64,000 bases of DNA, taken from contig DATGIT010000010.1 of the NCBI GenBank assembly GCA_035295545.1, positions 76,513 through 140,512 of the forward strand, written 5' to 3'. The translations under genes were made by a program, and so were the position numbers. The notes under the pieces were generated by a model, which saw only the letters and a list, made by a program, of their open reading frames with translations, searched no databases and was not told the DNA's origin. The DNA comes from Candidatus Binataceae bacterium. GTDB taxonomy: Bacteria > Desulfobacterota > Binatia > Binatales > Binataceae. Shown here piece after piece: positions 1-10,008 of the stretch. Numbering within the stretch: position 1 is the first letter of the stretch; each line of letters begins with the position of its first letter.

Positions 1-197
1 CGGCGGATCGAATTCGCCGCCGCCGCTGACCGCTATCAACGTCTGCTGGAACTCCTGCGCTCGCGCTTCGTCTGAGCGGGATCGGGTTTGCGGCGGCCCG
101 CGGCGGCTGTAAACCCGCCTGAAAGCCCTCTGGTCCGGGCCGGCTATTGCCGCCATAATAACGGTTTACGCCGCGATCTATCGGCGGCGGCGGCACA

Positions 198-1439
198 GTG
201 GCGCTAATCGTACAGAAGTATGGCGGAACCTCGGTCGGTTCAATCGAGCGGATCAAAACCGTGGCCAAACGCGTGGCGCGCGCGCGCGCCGGCGGCGACG
301 CGATCGTGGTCGTAGTTTCGGCGATGGCGGGTGAGACCAATCGGCTGTTCAAGCTCGCCGCGGAACTGTGCGATGCGCCCAACGCGCGCGAGACCGACGT
401 GCTGGTCGCGACCGGCGAGCAGGTTTCAGCGGCTCTGCTGGCAATTCGCCTGCAGGCGCTCGGCTATCCGACCGTCTCCTTCCTGGCGCATCAGCTCAAG
501 CTCGCGACCGACTCCAACCATGGCAACGCGAAGATCCGTTCGGTCGACGCCAAGCGGTTGACCGAGGCGCTGAGCGGCGGAAATATCGCGGTCGTGGCCG
601 GCTACCAGGGCGTCGATCCCATGGGCGACATCACCACGCTCGGGCGCGGGGCTTCGGACCTGACGGCGGTCGCGCTTGCGGCCGCGCTCAAGGCGGACGC
701 CTGCGAAATCTACACCGACGTCGAGGGCGTATTCACCGCCGACCCCAACGTTTGTCCGCGCGCGCGCAAGCTCGCGCGCATCTCGTACGACGAGATGATG
801 GAGATGGCGGGGCTGGGGGCGAAGGTGCTCCAGTTGCGCTCGGTCGAACTCGCGCGGCGCTACCGCGTGCCGCTGGTGGTGCGCTCCAGCTTCAGCGAGG
901 CCGAGGGCACCTGGGTCGGCGAGGAGGACAAGCAGATGGAAGAAGTGATGGTGTCGGGCGTCACGCTCGACCAGAATCAGAGCAAGATCACGCTCGCCGG
1001 AGTGGCCGACCGGCCTGGACTGGCGGCGCGCATTTTCGGCCCCATCGCCGAGGCCGGCATCGTGGTCGATATGATCATCCAGAACGCCAGCGCTGACGGC
1101 CGCACCGACGTCACGTTCACGGTCGGCCGCGACGATCTGCGCCGTGCGCTCGAGCTGTGCCGGATGATGACGGCCGAGGTCGGCGCGATGGGCGTGCGCC
1201 ACGAGGACCAGGTCGCGAAGGTGTCGATCGTCGGGCTCGGCATGCGCACGCACGCCGGCGTGGCCGCGCGCATGTTCCGCGTGCTCGCCGACGAAGGCGT
1301 CAACATCGAGATGATTGCGACTTCGGAGATCAAGATTTCCGTGGTGGTCAACGCCAAGTACGGCGAGCTGGCGATGCGGGCGCTGCACGACGCATTCTTG
1401 GGCAGGGATTCCAACGCGGCTTCGGCCGAGTCGGTTTAG
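198..1439 (+). CDS. lysC: Aspartate kinase (monofunctional, with C-terminal ACT domains)
   Basis: 413-aa ORF. N-terminal KYGGTSV nucleotide-binding motif, amino-acid kinase fold, and tandem ACT regulatory region at the C-terminus. GTG start at 198. Confidence 0.9.
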   Translation: MALIVQKYGGTSVGSIERIKTVAKRVARARAGGDAIVVVVSAMAGETNRLFKLAAELCDAPNARETDVLVATGEQVSAALLAIRLQALGYPTVSFLAHQLKLATDSNHGNAKIRSVDAKRLTEALSGGNIAVVAGYQGVDPMGDITTLGRGASDLTAVALAAALKADACEIYTDVEGVFTADPNVCPRARKLARISYDEMMEMAGLGAKVLQLRSVELARRYRVPLVVRSSFSEAEGTWVGEEDKQMEEVMVSGVTLDQNQSKITLAGVADRPGLAARIFGPIAEAGIVVDMIIQNASADGRTDVTFTVGRDDLRRALELCRMMTAEVGAMGVRHEDQVAKVSIVGLGMRTHAGVAARMFRVLADEGVNIEMIATSEIKISVVVNAKYGELAMRALHDAFLGRDSNAASAESV

Positions 1440-1444
1440 AACAG

Positions 1445-3115
1445 ATGGCGGCAAACAGGAAGATCCAGATCTACGACACCACGCTGCGCGACGGATGTCA
1501 GTCGGAGGACGTTTCGCTCACGGTCGAGGACAAGCTCGAAATCGCCGAGCGCCTCGACGATCTCGGCATCGACTACATCGAGGGCGGCTGGCCCGGCTCG
1601 AACGAGCGCGATGCCGCGTTCTTCCGCGAGGTCAAGAAGCTGCGCCTGCGGCATGCGAAGATCGCGGCCTTCGGCGCGACTCGGCGCGCGGGCGCGCGCG
1701 CCTCCGCGGATCGCAACCTGGCGCTGCTGCTGCGCGCGGAAACGCCGGTGGCGACGGTGGTCGGCAAGACCTGGGACATGCACGTGCGCGAAGCGCTGCG
1801 CATCTCGAACCAGGCCAATCTCGACATCCTGCACGACACCATCGCCTACCTGAAGCGCCACGTCGACGAGGTCATCTTCGACGCGGAGCATTTCTTCGAC
1901 GGCATCGCCGCCAACCGCGAATTCGCGCTGGCCTGCCTGCGCGCGGCCGATTCGGCCGGCGCCAACCTGATCGCGCTGTGCGACACCAACGGCGGCCGCC
2001 TGCCGCACGAGATCGAGGCCGGCGTGCGCGCGGCGATCGAAAGCGTGCGTTGCCCGATCGGCATCCATCCGCACAACGACTGCGAGGTCGCGGTGGCCAA
2101 CGCGATTGCCGGCGTGCGCAGCGGGGCGGTCCAGGTGCAGGGCACGATCAACGGCCTCGGCGAGCGCTGCGGCAACGCCAACCTGGTGTCGATCATTCCC
2201 GACCTGCAGCTCAAGCTCGGCTATCAGTGCGTGCCGCCGGCCAAGCTCAAGCTGCTGCGCGAAGTTTCGATGCTGGTGTACGAGCTGGCCAATATCACGC
2301 CCCACATTCGCCAGCCCTACGTCGGGCACAGCGCCTTCACGCACAAGGCGGGCCTGCACGTCTCGGGCATCCAGCGCAGCGTGCACACCTACGAGCACAT
2401 CGACCCGGCGGCGGTCGGCAACGATCGCCACGTGGTGCTGTCCGAGCTGTCGGGCCGCGCCAACATTCTCTACAAGAGTAAGGAGTTCGGCCTCGCGATC
2501 GAGCCGAACAACGAAAAGATCGGCCTGCTGCTGGACGAACTGAAGCGGCTCGAGGCGCTGGGTTACACCTTCGACGGCGCCGACGCCTCGTTCGAGCTGC
2601 TGATGCTGCGCACGCTCGGCTTCGCGCGCGATCACTTCCGCTTCGTCAGCTTCCGCGTTTTCGACGACAAGTGGCACGAGGATCACACCCCGTTCAGCGA
2701 GGCGGTGGTGGTGATCGAGGGGCCCGACGGCGTGCGCACGCGCAACGCGGCGACCGGCAACGGGCCGGTGAATGCGCTCGACTCGGCGCTGCGCGGCGCG
2801 CTGGTGCCCTATTATCCGGCGCTCGAGGCGATGCAGCTTGCGGACTACAAGGTGCGCGTGCTCGACAACGGCGCCGGCACTGCGGCCCGGGTGCGCGTGC
2901 TGATCGAGTCTACCGACGGCCATCGCCGCTGGGGCACGGTCGGGTTGTCCAGCAACGTGGTCGAGGCGAGCTGGCAGGCGCTGCTCGATTCGGTCGAATA
3001 CAAATTGCACAAAGACGCGGCCGGTCCGCGCGCGGTCAAGCACCCGCCGGCCGCCAACGGCGCGCGCCACGTCGGCCGCGCGACCATGCGCGACGGCGCG
3101 CCGACAAGGGGATAA
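1445..3115 (+). CDS. cimA: Citramalate synthase / 2-isopropylmalate synthase family (HMGL-like TIM barrel plus LeuA dimerisation domain)
   Basis: ATG at 1445 (MAANRKIQIYDTTLRDGCQS...) in frame with track ORF 1157..3115. DTTLRDG substrate-binding motif and HxH metal site. The upstream part of the track ORF overlaps the end of lysC and is non-coding read-through. Confidence 0.8.
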   Translation: MAANRKIQIYDTTLRDGCQSEDVSLTVEDKLEIAERLDDLGIDYIEGGWPGSNERDAAFFREVKKLRLRHAKIAAFGATRRAGARASADRNLALLLRAETPVATVVGKTWDMHVREALRISNQANLDILHDTIAYLKRHVDEVIFDAEHFFDGIAANREFALACLRAADSAGANLIALCDTNGGRLPHEIEAGVRAAIESVRCPIGIHPHNDCEVAVANAIAGVRSGAVQVQGTINGLGERCGNANLVSIIPDLQLKLGYQCVPPAKLKLLREVSMLVYELANITPHIRQPYVGHSAFTHKAGLHVSGIQRSVHTYEHIDPAAVGNDRHVVLSELSGRANILYKSKEFGLAIEPNNEKIGLLLDELKRLEALGYTFDGADASFELLMLRTLGFARDHFRFVSFRVFDDKWHEDHTPFSEAVVVIEGPDGVRTRNAATGNGPVNALDSALRGALVPYYPALEAMQLADYKVRVLDNGAGTAARVRVLIESTDGHRRWGTVGLSSNVVEASWQALLDSVEYKLHKDAAGPRAVKHPPAANGARHVGRATMRDGAPTRG

Positions 3116-3118
3116 GCC

Positions 3119-3919
3119 ATGGCTCTACCGAGTACCGCCAACGGCCGAGTCGAGCCGGAGCAGCCGATCGGCGTGTGGAGCCGCATGCGCGAGGACGTTC
3201 AGGCGGTCTTCGAACGCGACCCGGCCGCGCGCAGCGCGCTCGAAGTGGTGCTCGCGTATCCGGGGCTGCATGCGATCTGGATGCATCGCATGGCGCACTG
3301 GCTCTGGCTGCGCCGGCTTTACCTGCTCGGCCGGCTGCTCAGCGAGTTCGCGCGCTGGATAACCGGCATCGAGATCCATCCCGGCGCGACCATCGGACGG
3401 CGCCTGTTCATCGATCATGGCATGGGCGTGGTGATTGGTGAGACCGCCGAGATCGGCGATGACGTGCTCATCTACCAGGGCGTGACGCTCGGCGGCACCA
3501 GCCTGAAAAAAGAGAAACGCCACCCGACCATCGAGGATCACGTGATGATCAGCGCGGGTGCCGCGGTCATCGGTCCGGTGCGGATCGGTCGCGGCAGCCG
3601 GATCGGCGCCGGCGCGGTGGTCGTCTCTTCGGCGCCGCCGTATTCGACCATCGTCGGCATCCCGGGCAAGGTGATCGAGGGCGAGAGCACGCGCCAGGAC
3701 GTGGCTGGGCTGGACCACGTGCATCTGCCCGACCCGGTAGCGCGCGCGATGCAGCTTCTGATGGACAAGATGGAGCGCATTGGCGTGCGCGTCGAGGAAC
3801 TCGAAGAGCGCCAGGATTGCCTCGAGGACAAGCTCAACCCGGCGGCCGCGAGCGGTTCGAGCGAAGCGCCGCGGTCCGCGCCCGCCACCGAAGCGCTGAC
3901 TTCGATCAAGAACCGCTGA
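3119..3919 (+). CDS. cysE: Serine O-acetyltransferase
   Basis: N-terminal SATase helical domain ([30 protein letters not shown]) followed by left-handed beta-helix hexapeptide repeats ([31 protein letters not shown]). Confidence 0.85.
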   Translation: MALPSTANGRVEPEQPIGVWSRMREDVQAVFERDPAARSALEVVLAYPGLHAIWMHRMAHWLWLRRLYLLGRLLSEFARWITGIEIHPGATIGRRLFIDHGMGVVIGETAEIGDDVLIYQGVTLGGTSLKKEKRHPTIEDHVMISAGAAVIGPVRIGRGSRIGAGAVVVSSAPPYSTIVGIPGKVIEGESTRQDVAGLDHVHLPDPVARAMQLLMDKMERIGVRVEELEERQDCLEDKLNPAAASGSSEAPRSAPATEALTSIKNR

Positions 3920-3983
3920 CCGGTCCCGCGCGACGGCTCCAGGGCGCCGCATCCGGCGCCCGAGCATCGCGCTCTTGCACCAG

Positions 3984-5081
3984 CTACGGCTTGAGCGCGA
4001 GGCGGCTTTCGCTGATCTCACCCGCCGTGGTGATGCGGCCGAGATAGGTCGGCCCGCCGATCACCCATCGCTCGGTGAACGTAAGGGTTCCGTCGTGGCG
4101 CGCCAGCAGCCCGGTTACGTCCGCGCCCCGCGGCAGCGGAAAGACGGTCGCCACGCCGGAGGTGGTGACGCGGACAATCGCGCCGGCGCTCGAACCGGGG
4201 GCGGCGCCCGCGTGATTGACGGCGATCCATAGATTGCGGTCGGAGCCGACGGCGATTCCCTGGTACTGCCCGCTTAGCGGAAGCGTGAATTCCGTTACCT
4301 CGCCCGCGGGCGTGATGCGCGCGAGGCGGTTGCTGAAGTTCAGCGTGAACCAGACATTGCCGTCGGGACCGCCGGTAATCTGCGCGGGCAGGGCGTTCGC
4401 GCGCCGAAGCCGATACTCGAAGACCTTGCCATCGAGCGCAACCCGCCCGATCCTTGCCACCGGCGATTCGGTGAACCACAGGCTGCGTTCGGGCCCGCTC
4501 GCGATAGTCGCAGGCCCGGTTCCATGCTCGGGCAGCGGAAACATCGTGATCGCGCCGGCCATCGTCAGCCGGCCGACGGCGACGGCTCCGGCGGGATTGG
4601 CGCCCTCCCAGGCGGTGAACCACAGGTTGCCGTCCGGCCCCAGGGCCAGGCCCTCGGGCACCCACGTGTTGGGAAGGTCGTAGAGCGTGCTTGCGCCGGC
4701 GGGCGTGGTGCGAATGAAACTGCCCGCGATGCCTCCTGCGCCGCCCATGACGCCGACCATCCAGAGATTGCCGTCGGGCGCGCTGACGATGCTTGCGGCG
4801 AAGCTGACCGGCGGCAGCTTTATCTCCGTGACTTTGCCGGTGGCATCGATCGATCCGATCTTGCCGATACCCAGGATCGTAAACCACAGGTTGCCCCGGC
4901 TGTCCTCGGCCAGTGACGAGGGCTGGATCACCGCGCCCTGCGGGAGTGCGGGCGGCGGCGGCGGCGGGGGGGGTGGCGGCGGATTCTCGACCACGCATCC
5001 CGCGGCGATTGCGATGGCGGCGAGGCACGACGCGATCATCGCCGCGATTCGGATTGGCCGGGTTGTGGCCGCGGTCCTCAT
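3984..5081 (-). CDS. Secreted beta-propeller lipoprotein, streptogramin-lyase (Vgb)-like repeats, with 12-residue polyproline stalk
   Basis: Signal peptide with lipobox (IAAGC). A run of 12 Pro follows, encoded by the G-rich repeat on the plus strand around 4918-4990. About seven repeats carry GPDGNLWFT/E-like motifs typical of Vgb/COG4257 beta-propellers. Confidence 0.6.
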   Translation of the reverse strand: MRTAATTRPIRIAAMIASCLAAIAIAAGCVVENPPPPPPPPPPPALPQGAVIQPSSLAEDSRGNLWFTILGIGKIGSIDATGKVTEIKLPPVSFAASIVSAPDGNLWMVGVMGGAGGIAGSFIRTTPAGASTLYDLPNTWVPEGLALGPDGNLWFTAWEGANPAGAVAVGRLTMAGAITMFPLPEHGTGPATIASGPERSLWFTESPVARIGRVALDGKVFEYRLRRANALPAQITGGPDGNVWFTLNFSNRLARITPAGEVTEFTLPLSGQYQGIAVGSDRNLWIAVNHAGAAPGSSAGAIVRVTTSGVATVFPLPRGADVTGLLARHDGTLTFTERWVIGGPTYLGRITTAGEISESRLALKP

Positions 5082-5093
5082 TCGACGGCAGGC

Positions 5094-6296
5094 TCAGAGC
5101 TTGTGACCGAAGTTGGCGCCCATCAGATACTCGTGTGCGCCGCGGATCGGCCGGCCCTCGCGCAGCCGCGCGAAACCGAACGGCCGCAGGTCAACGGTCT
5201 TTGCACTGCCGTCCACGATCAGTTCGGCCATCGCGGCGCCCACCGCCGGAGCGGTTTTGAAGCCGGTGCCGCTGAAGCCCGCCGCCGCAAACAGGCCATC
5301 GACGCCGGGCACGGGTCCCATCACGGCGCGCGAATCGGGGCTGACGTCGTAGATTCCGGCGTGTCCGCGCGAGTATCCGGCGCCTTCCAGGGCGGGCACG
5401 CGATGAGCCAGGCGTTCGGCGACTTCGGTCACAAAGTCGGCATCGTTGTCCTCGCGGAAGCTGTCGGGATCGGGCTCGTACTCGGCCTTGACGTCGCCGA
5501 GCCCGATCAGCGTCTCGGCGCCGCCCTGCGGACGGAAATAGCTTCCCGAGATCGTGTCGATACATCCGCAGTGGCGCAGGTCGGCGGGGCGCTTGAAGAA
5601 CGCGATCTGCGCCCGTTCGGCGCGAATCCCGATCGCCGCTCCCAGCGGCCGCAGCAGCCGATCGGTCCACGGGCCGGCGACGACGCAGACCGCATCCGCC
5701 GAATGACAAGCGCCGGCCGCGTCAATCGCGCCGCGCGCGCGTCCGCCCGAGGCATCTATCGCGGCGATCGGCGTGCTCAGCCTGAAGACCGCTCCCGCGC
5801 GGGACCCTGCCTCGGCCAGCGAGCGCGTGGTCGCCACCGGGTCGGCATAGCCGCTTTGCGGCTCGTAGGCGGCGAGCGCGACGTCGTTCACGTTCAGCGC
5901 CGGTTCAAGGCGATGAAGCTCGGCGGGCGCGACCGCCTCGGTATCGACGCCGAGCGCGCGCAGCATCGCGATATTCGCGCGCAGCCGCTCGAGGTTGGGC
6001 GGTCCAACCACGATTGCGAAGCCGGTGCGCACGAAACCGCAGCCGCGTCCTTCGGCGTCGCGTCCGACCATCTCTTCCCAATGGGCGAAGTAGCCGAGGC
6101 TCTTCCACGCGAGCTCGGCCTCGGGCGCGAACGTATAGTGCATCCTGAGCAGCGCTCCAGAGCGCGCCGACATCCCGGCGCACACCTGATCGCCCTTGTC
6201 GAACACGGTCACTCGCGCGCCCAGTCGCGCAAGATGCAGGGCCAGGCTGCATCCCACCACTCCCGCGCCAATCACGATAACCTGAGGCTTGTCCAT
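5094..6296 (-). CDS. FAD-dependent oxidoreductase, DAO family (glycine/sarcosine/D-amino-acid oxidase-like)
   Basis: N-terminal GxGxxG dinucleotide-binding fold (VIVIGAGVVGCSLALHLARLGARVTVFDKG). Overall DAO-like length and composition. Substrate is unknown. Confidence 0.75.
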   Translation of the reverse strand: MDKPQVIVIGAGVVGCSLALHLARLGARVTVFDKGDQVCAGMSARSGALLRMHYTFAPEAELAWKSLGYFAHWEEMVGRDAEGRGCGFVRTGFAIVVGPPNLERLRANIAMLRALGVDTEAVAPAELHRLEPALNVNDVALAAYEPQSGYADPVATTRSLAEAGSRAGAVFRLSTPIAAIDASGGRARGAIDAAGACHSADAVCVVAGPWTDRLLRPLGAAIGIRAERAQIAFFKRPADLRHCGCIDTISGSYFRPQGGAETLIGLGDVKAEYEPDPDSFREDNDADFVTEVAERLAHRVPALEGAGYSRGHAGIYDVSPDSRAVMGPVPGVDGLFAAAGFSGTGFKTAPAVGAAMAELIVDGSAKTVDLRPFGFARLREGRPIRGAHEYLMGANFGHKL

Positions 6297-6378
6297 CGAT
6301 TGCCGGCTGCGCGACGGACTTTTGTCCGCCGACCCGGTAGGCTAAGTTATTCGTTCGCCTTGGGCCTATCAAACCCGT

Positions 6379-7584
6379 ATGCGCATTTATCTCGACTATA
6401 ACGCCGGCGCGCCGCTGCGGCCCGAGGTGCGCGCCGCAATCGCCCGCCTGTGCGATGCGGATGCGGCGAACCCCGCCGCGGTCCATCATAGCGGCCAGCG
6501 CGCACGCCGCGCGCTCGAACAGGCGCGCGCCCAGGTGGCGCAGCTCATCGGCGCCGACCCGCGCGAGATCGTCTTCACCAGCGGCGGCACCGAATCGAAC
6601 AACCTCGCCATCGCGGGCGCCGCGCAGGCGCATCCCGCGCGCCGCATCGTCACTTCCGGCATCGAACATTCGTCGATTCTCGCGCCGCTCGAGGCTCTCG
6701 CGCGGCTCGGCCGCGAGGTAGTCTACGTCGCGCCGGATCGCGAGGGACGCATCGCACCCGAGGCCGTAGCCGACGCGCTCGACGCTCCCGCGTCGCTGGT
6801 CTCGATCGGGCTTGCCAATGCCGAGGTCGGCGCGGTGCAGGAAGCGGCTGCGATGGCCGAGCCGGCCGCGCGCGCAGGGGCGCTCTTTCATCTCGACGCC
6901 GCGCAGGCGGTCGGCCGCATCGCCGTGCGCGTGCGCGATCTGCGGTGCGACCTGATGACGCTTAGCGGTCACAAGCTGGGCGCGCCGGCGGGAATCGGCG
7001 CGCTGTACGTGCGCGACGGAGTCGCGATCGCGCCCGCGCTGCTGGGCGGTCCGCAGGAATCCGGGTTGCGCGCCGGGACGCCGAATCTGCTTGGCGCGGT
7101 CGCGCTCGGCGCGGCGGTCGAGGCCGTGTCTGCCGCGCTCGAGGAGGAATCGGCGCGTGTGGGCGCGCTCTCGGAGCGCCTGCTGGCTCTTCTGCGCGCC
7201 GCGATCCCGGGCTTGCGCCTCAACGGTCCGCGCTCGAACCGGGTTTCCAATACGCTCAATCTGACTTTCCCCGGCGTGCTCGGGGAGAGCATGCTGATCG
7301 CGCTCGATCTCGAGGGCGTCGAAGTTTCAATGGGTTCGGCGTGCGCGGCCGGCGCCGTCGAGCCGTCGCACGTGCTGCTGGCGATGGGCCTTGGGCGCGA
7401 GGCCGCGCGCAGTTCGCTGCGTGTGAGTCTCGGATGGAACACCCGCGCCGCCGACATCGAGCGCGCGGCGGAGATTATCGCGCGCGTATGGCGAAGGGTC
7501 AGGGCGGCCGAGCCGGCCGATAGCGATGCCGCCAACGGCGGCGGCTCGCGCGGCGCGGATAGCTCGGCGGAGGCGGCGCGATGA
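6379..7584 (+). CDS. Cysteine desulfurase (class V aminotransferase, IscS/NifS-like)
   Basis: PLP-lysine region SGHKLGAPAGIGALYVRDG and conserved C-terminal active-site cysteine loop (GSACAAG). Its stop overlaps the mnmA start, the classic sulfur-relay pairing. Confidence 0.85.
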   Translation: MRIYLDYNAGAPLRPEVRAAIARLCDADAANPAAVHHSGQRARRALEQARAQVAQLIGADPREIVFTSGGTESNNLAIAGAAQAHPARRIVTSGIEHSSILAPLEALARLGREVVYVAPDREGRIAPEAVADALDAPASLVSIGLANAEVGAVQEAAAMAEPAARAGALFHLDAAQAVGRIAVRVRDLRCDLMTLSGHKLGAPAGIGALYVRDGVAIAPALLGGPQESGLRAGTPNLLGAVALGAAVEAVSAALEEESARVGALSERLLALLRAAIPGLRLNGPRSNRVSNTLNLTFPGVLGESMLIALDLEGVEVSMGSACAAGAVEPSHVLLAMGLGREAARSSLRVSLGWNTRAADIERAAEIIARVWRRVRAAEPADSDAANGGGSRGADSSAEAAR

Positions 7585-8669
7585 GCGCGCGGGTGCTGGT
7601 CGCGATGTCCGGCGGCGTGGACAGCGCGGTCGCCGCCGCGATCCTGCGCGAACGCGGCTACGACGTGGTCGGCGTGGCGATGCGACTTGCGCCGGAGCCG
7701 GCGGCGGGCGCGCGCCGGCGCGCGTCCTGCTGCTCGGCCGATGACTTTGAAGATGCGCGCCGCGTAGCCGAGCGCATGGATTTCCCATTCTACGTGATCG
7801 ACATGCGGGCCGAATTCGGCGCGCGCGTGATCGACAATTTCGTTGCCGAATATCTGGCGGCGCGCACGCCCAACCCGTGTGTCATGTGCAATCGCGAGAT
7901 CAAGTTCGCGCGCCTGTTCGAGCGCGCCGCGGCGCTGGAGGCCGACTACGTGGCGACCGGCCATTACGCGCGCATCGAGCGCGACGCGCTCGGCCGCTAC
8001 CATCTGCTGCGCGCCGCCGATCCGGCCAAGGACCAGTCCTATTTTCTGTTCACGCTCGGGCAGCAGGAGCTTAAGCGCGCGCTCTTCCCGCTCGGCGCGA
8101 TGACCAAGGGCGAGGTGCGCGCGCGCGCCCGCGCGCTCGGGCTCGCCAACGCGGACAAGCCCGAGAGCCAGGAAATCTGCTTCGTCCCCGACGGCGACTA
8201 CGCGCGCTTCGTCGAACGCGCGGCGCCGGCCGAGCGCCTGCGCCGGGGCCGCATTGTCGACAGCGCGGGGCATACGCTGGCAACGCACGCCGGCGTGCAT
8301 CGTTTCACCGTGGGTCAGCGCCGCGGGCTCGGCGTGAGCGCGCCGGCGCCGCTCTACGTGCGCGAGATTCGAGCGCAAAGCGGCGAGGTAGTAGTCGCTC
8401 CGCGCGCCGGGCTCGGCGCGGCCGGGCTGCTCGCGTGCGATATCAGACTGGTTGATCCGGCCGCCGCCGGCGCCGCGCCGATCGCTATCGATGCGCGCAT
8501 CCGTTATCGGCATCCGACGCTGCCGGCGACGCTGGCGCTGGAGGAGCCCGGGCGCGCCCGCGTCACCTTCGTCAACCGCGAGGGGCCCGCGGTCACGCCC
8601 GGACAGGCATGCGTCTTTTACCGCGGCGATGAGGTCGTGGGCGGCGGCTTTATCGAGCGCGCGCTGTGA
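7581..8669 (+). CDS. mnmA: tRNA-specific 2-thiouridylase
   Basis: PP-loop SGGVDS, catalytic Cys motifs (CCSADDFEDARRVA; NPCVMCNREIKF). Length 362 aa. Confidence 0.9.
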   Translation: MSARVLVAMSGGVDSAVAAAILRERGYDVVGVAMRLAPEPAAGARRRASCCSADDFEDARRVAERMDFPFYVIDMRAEFGARVIDNFVAEYLAARTPNPCVMCNREIKFARLFERAAALEADYVATGHYARIERDALGRYHLLRAADPAKDQSYFLFTLGQQELKRALFPLGAMTKGEVRARARALGLANADKPESQEICFVPDGDYARFVERAAPAERLRRGRIVDSAGHTLATHAGVHRFTVGQRRGLGVSAPAPLYVREIRAQSGEVVVAPRAGLGAAGLLACDIRLVDPAAAGAAPIAIDARIRYRHPTLPATLALEEPGRARVTFVNREGPAVTPGQACVFYRGDEVVGGGFIERAL

Positions 8670-8679
8670 GGCCGGACTG

Positions 8680-10008
8680 ATGCGGTTTGCGATCGCCACG
8701 CTCGGATGCAAGGTCAACCAGTACGACTCGGCCATGATCGAGGCGCGGCTTGGCGCGCGCGGCATCGCGCGCTGCGATTTCGACCAGCCCGCCGACGTGT
8801 ACATCGTCAACACCTGCACCGTGACCGACCGCGCCGACGCGGAAAGCTTGCGCCTGGCGCGCCGCGCGCGCCGTCTTAATCCGCGCGCGCGGGTGGTGAT
8901 GACCGGATGCCTGGCGCAGGCCAATCCCGCGGCGCTGGCCGCCGCGCGCGAGGTCGACGCGGTGGTCGGACTCGGCCGCCCCGGCGATCTCGAGCGTGCC
9001 GTGCTGGGCGAAACGGCAGAGCGCGTGATGGTCGCGAATCTGCGCAAGGAGCGCGCCGCGATCGAGCTGGGCGCGGTGGCACTCGAGGGCCGCACGCGCG
9101 CGTTTCTCAAGCTGCAGGAGGGATGCGATCAGTTCTGCAGCTTCTGCATCGTCCCGACCTCGCGCGGAACCTCACGCAGCGTCGCACCCCGGCGCATCTT
9201 CGAGGCGCTCGACGGCCTTGCCGCCGCGGGCTTTCGCGAGGCGATCCTCACCGGCGTGCATCTCGGCGGTTACGGGCGCGACCTCGACCCGCCGGTCGGT
9301 CTCGAGCGGCTGCTCGAAATGATCGCCGAGCGCTCGCCGATCGGACGCATCCGCCTGAGCTCGCTCGATCCCGAGGAGCTGAGCGACGAAATTGTGCGCA
9401 TCGTCAGCGCCAGCGACAAGTTCTGCCCGCACCTGCATCTGCCGCTGCAGGCGGGCGACGACGCGACGCTGCGGCGGATGCGGCGGCGCTATGATGTTGC
9501 GCACTTCGCGGACCGGGTCGAGCGAATCCTGGCGGCGATGCCGTCGGCGGCGATCGGCACCGACTTGATCGCCGGCTTTCCGGGCGAGACCGCCCGCGAC
9601 TTCGACCGCTACTTTAATTTTGTCCAATCGCTTCCGCTTGCCTACTTTCACGTCTTCCCATACTCGGTGAGGGCGGGGACGACCGCAGCCAAGCTCCCAC
9701 GCAAAGTCGCGGCGGGAGAGATCAAGCGCCGGGCCGCGCTGCTGCGCGAGCTGGGCGAGGGCAAGCGCCGGCAGTTCGTCGAACGGTTTTGCGGATCGAC
9801 TCTTAAAGTATTGCTTGAAGAACGCGGCACGGATGGCAGGCTGAAGGGATACAGCCGCAACTATATCCGCGTGCTGGTGGAGGGCGGCGAATCACTTGCC
9901 AACGACGAAGTTGACGTGGTGGCATCGCGCCTCGAGGGCGCTGCCCTCGTTGCGCAGCTTGCTGCGCCCCCGGGCGGCCGCACCGCCGGCGCCATCGCCA
10001 CGATCTGA
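8680..10008 (+). CDS. MiaB-family radical-SAM methylthiotransferase (MtaB-like)
   Basis: ATG at 8680 (MRFAIATLGCKVNQYDS..., MTTase N-domain). Radical SAM CxxxCxxC (CSFCIVPTSRG). C-terminal TRAM-like region. The upstream part of the track ORF lies inside mnmA in another frame. Confidence 0.8.
   Translation: MRFAIATLGCKVNQYDSAMIEARLGARGIARCDFDQPADVYIVNTCTVTDRADAESLRLARRARRLNPRARVVMTGCLAQANPAALAAAREVDAVVGLGRPGDLERAVLGETAERVMVANLRKERAAIELGAVALEGRTRAFLKLQEGCDQFCSFCIVPTSRGTSRSVAPRRIFEALDGLAAAGFREAILTGVHLGGYGRDLDPPVGLERLLEMIAERSPIGRIRLSSLDPEELSDEIVRIVSASDKFCPHLHLPLQAGDDATLRRMRRRYDVAHFADRVERILAAMPSAAIGTDLIAGFPGETARDFDRYFNFVQSLPLAYFHVFPYSVRAGTTAAKLPRKVAAGEIKRRAALLRELGEGKRRQFVERFCGSTLKVLLEERGTDGRLKGYSRNYIRVLVEGGESLANDEVDVVASRLEGAALVAQLAAPPGGRTAGAIATI

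Noticed and set aside
426-3070. Long ORFs (342 aa at 426..1454 and 544 aa at 1436..3070) antisense to lysC and cimA, plus many similar antisense or overlapping ORFs throughout (for example 6969..9110, 39438..41591 and 62148..63536, all minus strand).
   Set aside because: They are typical stop-codon-poor artefacts of about 70% GC DNA. Their products are Arg/Ala/Pro-rich low-complexity sequence with no domain signatures, and they overlap well-supported genes.
4918-4990. G-rich simple repeat (ggcggcggcggcgggggggggtggcggcgg) that might be taken for a repeat element.
   Set aside because: It is the coding sequence, on the minus strand, for the 12-proline stalk of the lipoprotein. It is neither a CRISPR array nor a mobile repeat.
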